Assembly: GCA_034176395.1 (NCBI GenBank)
Contig: JAXFUC010000011.1
Location: 14,235-78,234 of the forward strand
DNA from: Bacteroides sp.
GTDB taxonomy: Bacteria; Bacteroidota; Bacteroidia; Bacteroidales; Bacteroidaceae
Direction of reading: 5' to 3'
DNA length: 64,000 nucleotides
Shown here in pieces: positions 62,201-64,000 of this stretch. A program made the translations under genes and the position numbers. The stretch's first letter is position 1, and every line of letters begins with the position of its first letter. Under the pieces are notes generated by a model, which saw nothing but the letters and a program-made list of their open reading frames with translations, was not told the origin of the DNA and searched no databases.

Positions 62201-62507
62201 CATAGGAGAATTGCAAGATCGCCCCTTTGGGTACGTTTAAGGAGAATTTACCGTCTACATCGGTAATAGTACCGCCTGCCACGCCTTTTTCGCGCACGGT
62301 AACCCCGATGAGAGGTAGGTCATCGGCATCGACCACCACACCCTTCACCATCAGGCGCACTTGCTCTCCTTCTCGGGAATGAGTGGTCATTTCGGGAGCG
62401 GATGCAAACAACGGAACACCCGACAACGAGCCTGCCATCAGGCAAGCCACACCCACGGCCAAGTTCCATTTCTTTTTTAAACGAGATTCAAACACTTCCA
62501 TCTTCAT
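59217..62507 (-). CDS. SusC/RagA TonB-dependent transporter lacking an STN domain
   Basis: Signal peptide then directly the carboxypeptidase-regulatory-like domain (VKGVVVD), LKDAAAASIYGARAANGVIVITTKK, C-terminal Phe. Confidence 0.95.
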   Translation of the reverse strand: MKMEVFESRLKKKWNLAVGVACLMAGSLSGVPLFASAPEMTTHSREGEQVRLMVKGVVVDADDLPLIGVTVREKGVAGGTITDVDGKFSLNVPKGAILQFSYVGMKTTEVVATQERELRVVLQANSEQLDEVMVTGYQTLSKERSTGAFTQVKAEKFETRRMENLGSILEGQVAGYVDGKIRGVTTMSAVANPLVVIDGFPVENTGIDRMGQTTDRFPELNPEDIESVTVLKDAAAASIYGARAANGVIVITTKKAALGKTEISLSTSYAFQPYSYYVANRTDAADVVGLQRAWAAQSEQLQSGVAGASVVADDLRTTGAYPSKGIDILLNMYTQKIGMEEGEKLLNELAAKGYRYYDQAVERAKRNPIYRQYNIRLANRTDRNSFALSTTYWDNQYEDIFRNDKKLGVNLSNSLKLTDWLQADVNVYLKYGKEQGQSFDVFSPGFSFLPYDELFDESGASVAAPSQIDASRRELIARYGLREEVLTPLDELRRQLSKTQSLETRASGRLNFDLTPWAKYHVMFQYETGEGKTSMLREREAYDVVSTLNNFTSLVNDKVFYNLPEGDVLATTDTRNRSYNLRHQLSLTKDLGTAHSLAWILGQEVRESKLEYQDNTRYGYDSDLLNWPAYNAASLAYFSGLLGAAQFSYSSNTSQRELLNRFVSFYSNASYSLLDKYTLSGSIRWDRSNLWGTSSKYQNKPVWSMGGSWNVDKEPFFRWKAMDRLQLRMSYGIGGNIGRNTAPYLVASYYPAILSSGLFGAVTAPPNKDIRWEKTTTFNLGVDFSFLRGRLYGSIDYYNKYSTDLLAYINSSPTQGFGYSMLTTNNGEMLNRGVELTLHATLLKSKDFRWDATGLYAFNYNRVKKIHIDAVQYNSRLSYPTSFPTEGNPLHGIYAYRWAGLSPTGEPQVYDAEGNVTSQPVRDSKAIVYCGTSVPPHSGTLTNVLRYKDVEFSLQLLLLAGHKLRDTFVPAINMGSGRVVSTHKDILKRWQQAGDENRTQVPRLLFSDNRQEYNTHRSELYGASDLFVYNASHLRVNNLSLAYYLPKTLTKKLFLRDAKLQFIVENLAVIAFDGRASYALGGKQNPNFVGSIHLNF

Positions 62508-62541
62508 GTTTTTTGGTTTATAATAATGATTTCAGTCATTT

Positions 62542-63876
62542 TCATTCCGAAAGCAAAGCTTCCAGCCTCTGCCGAGTTTCGGGCATGGACGGACGTGACA
62601 TGTCGGCCGAAAGAATTCTCCCCTCTCTGTCCAATAGGATGAACCGAGGAATGCCCGTCACCTTATAAGCGTTCAAGAAGTCATTACCGGGCGAGAAGTG
62701 CAGTTGCACGCCCTTCAAATCGCCTCGCCTCACGCGCTTCAACCAGGCTTCACGATTGGCATCGCACGAGATGCTGACGAAATATATATCCTCCTTGCCC
62801 AAATCCTCTTCTAAACGGGCTAAATGGGGAATTTCCTTCACACAAGGTCCACACCACGTGGCCCAAAGGTCGATATAGACAAACTTTCCGCGAAAAGCCG
62901 AAAGAGTGACCGTACGTCCTTCGACATCGGTGCACACGAAGTCGGGCGAAGGTGCACCCACCGCCAATTGCCGAAAGCCGGCAAGCAGCGCCTCCACTTC
63001 TTCCTTCCACGCTTCGTGCTTCACGTAGCGACTGAAAAGGGACTCATAGGGATTGAACTCAGACGCTTGTCCACGATTCAAAAAACCGATTTGCGTCCGG
63101 TAAACCAAGAATTCGGCTAAAACATCGGCCGGTTTTTCTTGCTCCAAAAAAGCCTCCAAGCGTTCGGCTCCTTTCAAAGTGGGAAACAAATGCCGAGCCT
63201 TGCAACCGAAAGCTTCGTAGGCCAACGTGCGGTATTCTTCCATGTCCAAGCAATCTATCCCATCATTCATCAATGCATCCAGCAATGCCCAAAAACGCGC
63301 CGAGGGTCGATAGCTTTCGTCTCCGGTGATGCGCCTATGATAGGTCGGAAAGTCGGGCAGCGTTCGATAGGTATAATACTGCATACGCCGACGTTCCATT
63401 TCTTTGAATGCTTCGGGCAAGACGGCCGCATCGAGACACACGGCGTTTGCACGCAGTAAGGAGTCGGTTTTCTGTATAAAGGCTTCTTCCTCGAGCGATG
63501 CGTCGTTTATCTCGGTCGACCGATAGGGCTGTGCATTCAAATAGCTGTTCACCTCCTCGGCAGTACCTTTCGCCTTCAAGAAGCGAGCCGGCGTGCTCGC
63601 ACCGTCTATGTCCACCGTCAGATGGGCCGACGCAGGCAACCATAAGGTGTAGGTGGCGTAGTTATAGTTCACCTGTACATACACCGGGACTGTATTATCA
63701 ATTTGCCACAATGCCACTCCGGACGAATCGAGTGGAAGCGACACCGGCTTACCGCTCGGTTCATAGCATTTAACCGTTTCCTGATTTCCTCCCTTTACCT
63801 GAATACGTACCACCGAAGCGTGGATGGAGAGAGTTGCCGATAGGCACACCGCACAAATAAAACACAATATTCTCAT
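62542..63876 (-). CDS. TlpA/ResA-like thiol-disulfide oxidoreductase with long N-terminal domain
   Basis: GAPSPDF...[35 protein letters not shown]; signal peptide from MRILCF. Confidence 0.9.
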   Translation of the reverse strand: MRILCFICAVCLSATLSIHASVVRIQVKGGNQETVKCYEPSGKPVSLPLDSSGVALWQIDNTVPVYVQVNYNYATYTLWLPASAHLTVDIDGASTPARFLKAKGTAEEVNSYLNAQPYRSTEINDASLEEEAFIQKTDSLLRANAVCLDAAVLPEAFKEMERRRMQYYTYRTLPDFPTYHRRITGDESYRPSARFWALLDALMNDGIDCLDMEEYRTLAYEAFGCKARHLFPTLKGAERLEAFLEQEKPADVLAEFLVYRTQIGFLNRGQASEFNPYESLFSRYVKHEAWKEEVEALLAGFRQLAVGAPSPDFVCTDVEGRTVTLSAFRGKFVYIDLWATWCGPCVKEIPHLARLEEDLGKEDIYFVSISCDANREAWLKRVRRGDLKGVQLHFSPGNDFLNAYKVTGIPRFILLDREGRILSADMSRPSMPETRQRLEALLSE

Positions 63877-63895
63877 AAAAAATACAATATGGGCG

Positions 63896-63903
63896 CAAAG
63901 ATA
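63896..63903 (-). promoter_or_regulatory. Housekeeping promoter -7 element (TATCTTTG)
   Basis: TAnnTTTG on minus strand 20 bp upstream of the tlpA-like ATG. Confidence 0.6.
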
Positions 63904-63910
63904 TAGCAAT

Positions 63911-63925
63911 TTGCATATTATGCAA
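63911..63925. promoter_or_regulatory. Perfect 7-1-7 palindrome, candidate operator (TTGCATA-T-TATGCAA)
   Basis: Perfect inverted repeat just upstream of the -7 box of the tlpA-susC-susD promoter. Confidence 0.55.
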
Positions 63926-64000
63926 CAGAAAATAAAAGCAGTATGACAATCCAATACAAACAATCCCGCTCCAACTGTCACTACTTTCAACAAAATCCTC

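Overview
Bacteroidales chromosome segment: Bacteroidota TAnnTTTG promoters, SusC/SusD pairs, and a core at roughly 50-60% GC from hand-sampled lines. The middle (10.7-46.7 kb) is mostly housekeeping: a GNAT-like gene, parE, coaD, an ECF sigma/FecR pair, a TonB receptor, an exported thioredoxin, a TrmH-family methyltransferase, a sulfatase, Xaa-Pro aminopeptidase, a Crp/Cur regulator, coaX, an envelope-biogenesis cluster (OMP, TPR, lptC, CorC-like, ppiD, lptE, secG), ndh, rlmN, pdxA, an MFS transporter, DUF3127 and type III glutamine synthetase. Both ends carry SusC/SusD loci (three in all) with no recognisable CAZymes. They instead encode Zn metalloproteases, an M16 peptidase and WCGPC thioredoxin-fold proteins, which suggests protein/peptide-utilisation systems. 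Main observations beyond the ORF track: (1) a GGGTAACC-N16/17-CGTAT ECF-type promoter shared by fecR and the distant divergent STN-bearing susC; (2) a GC break inside that susC, pointing to a chimeric transporter; (3) a dispersed 22-bp-period intergenic repeat family at four sites, two with the same 36-bp palindrome geometry; (4) a second metalloprotease-like ORF running off the left edge; (5) an in-frame acidic tail behind a stop codon; (6) candidate operators (a Cur-like box and a 7-1-7 palindrome). No tRNA, rRNA, CRISPR array or transposase was recognised. Product names come from motif recognition only, with no database searches.
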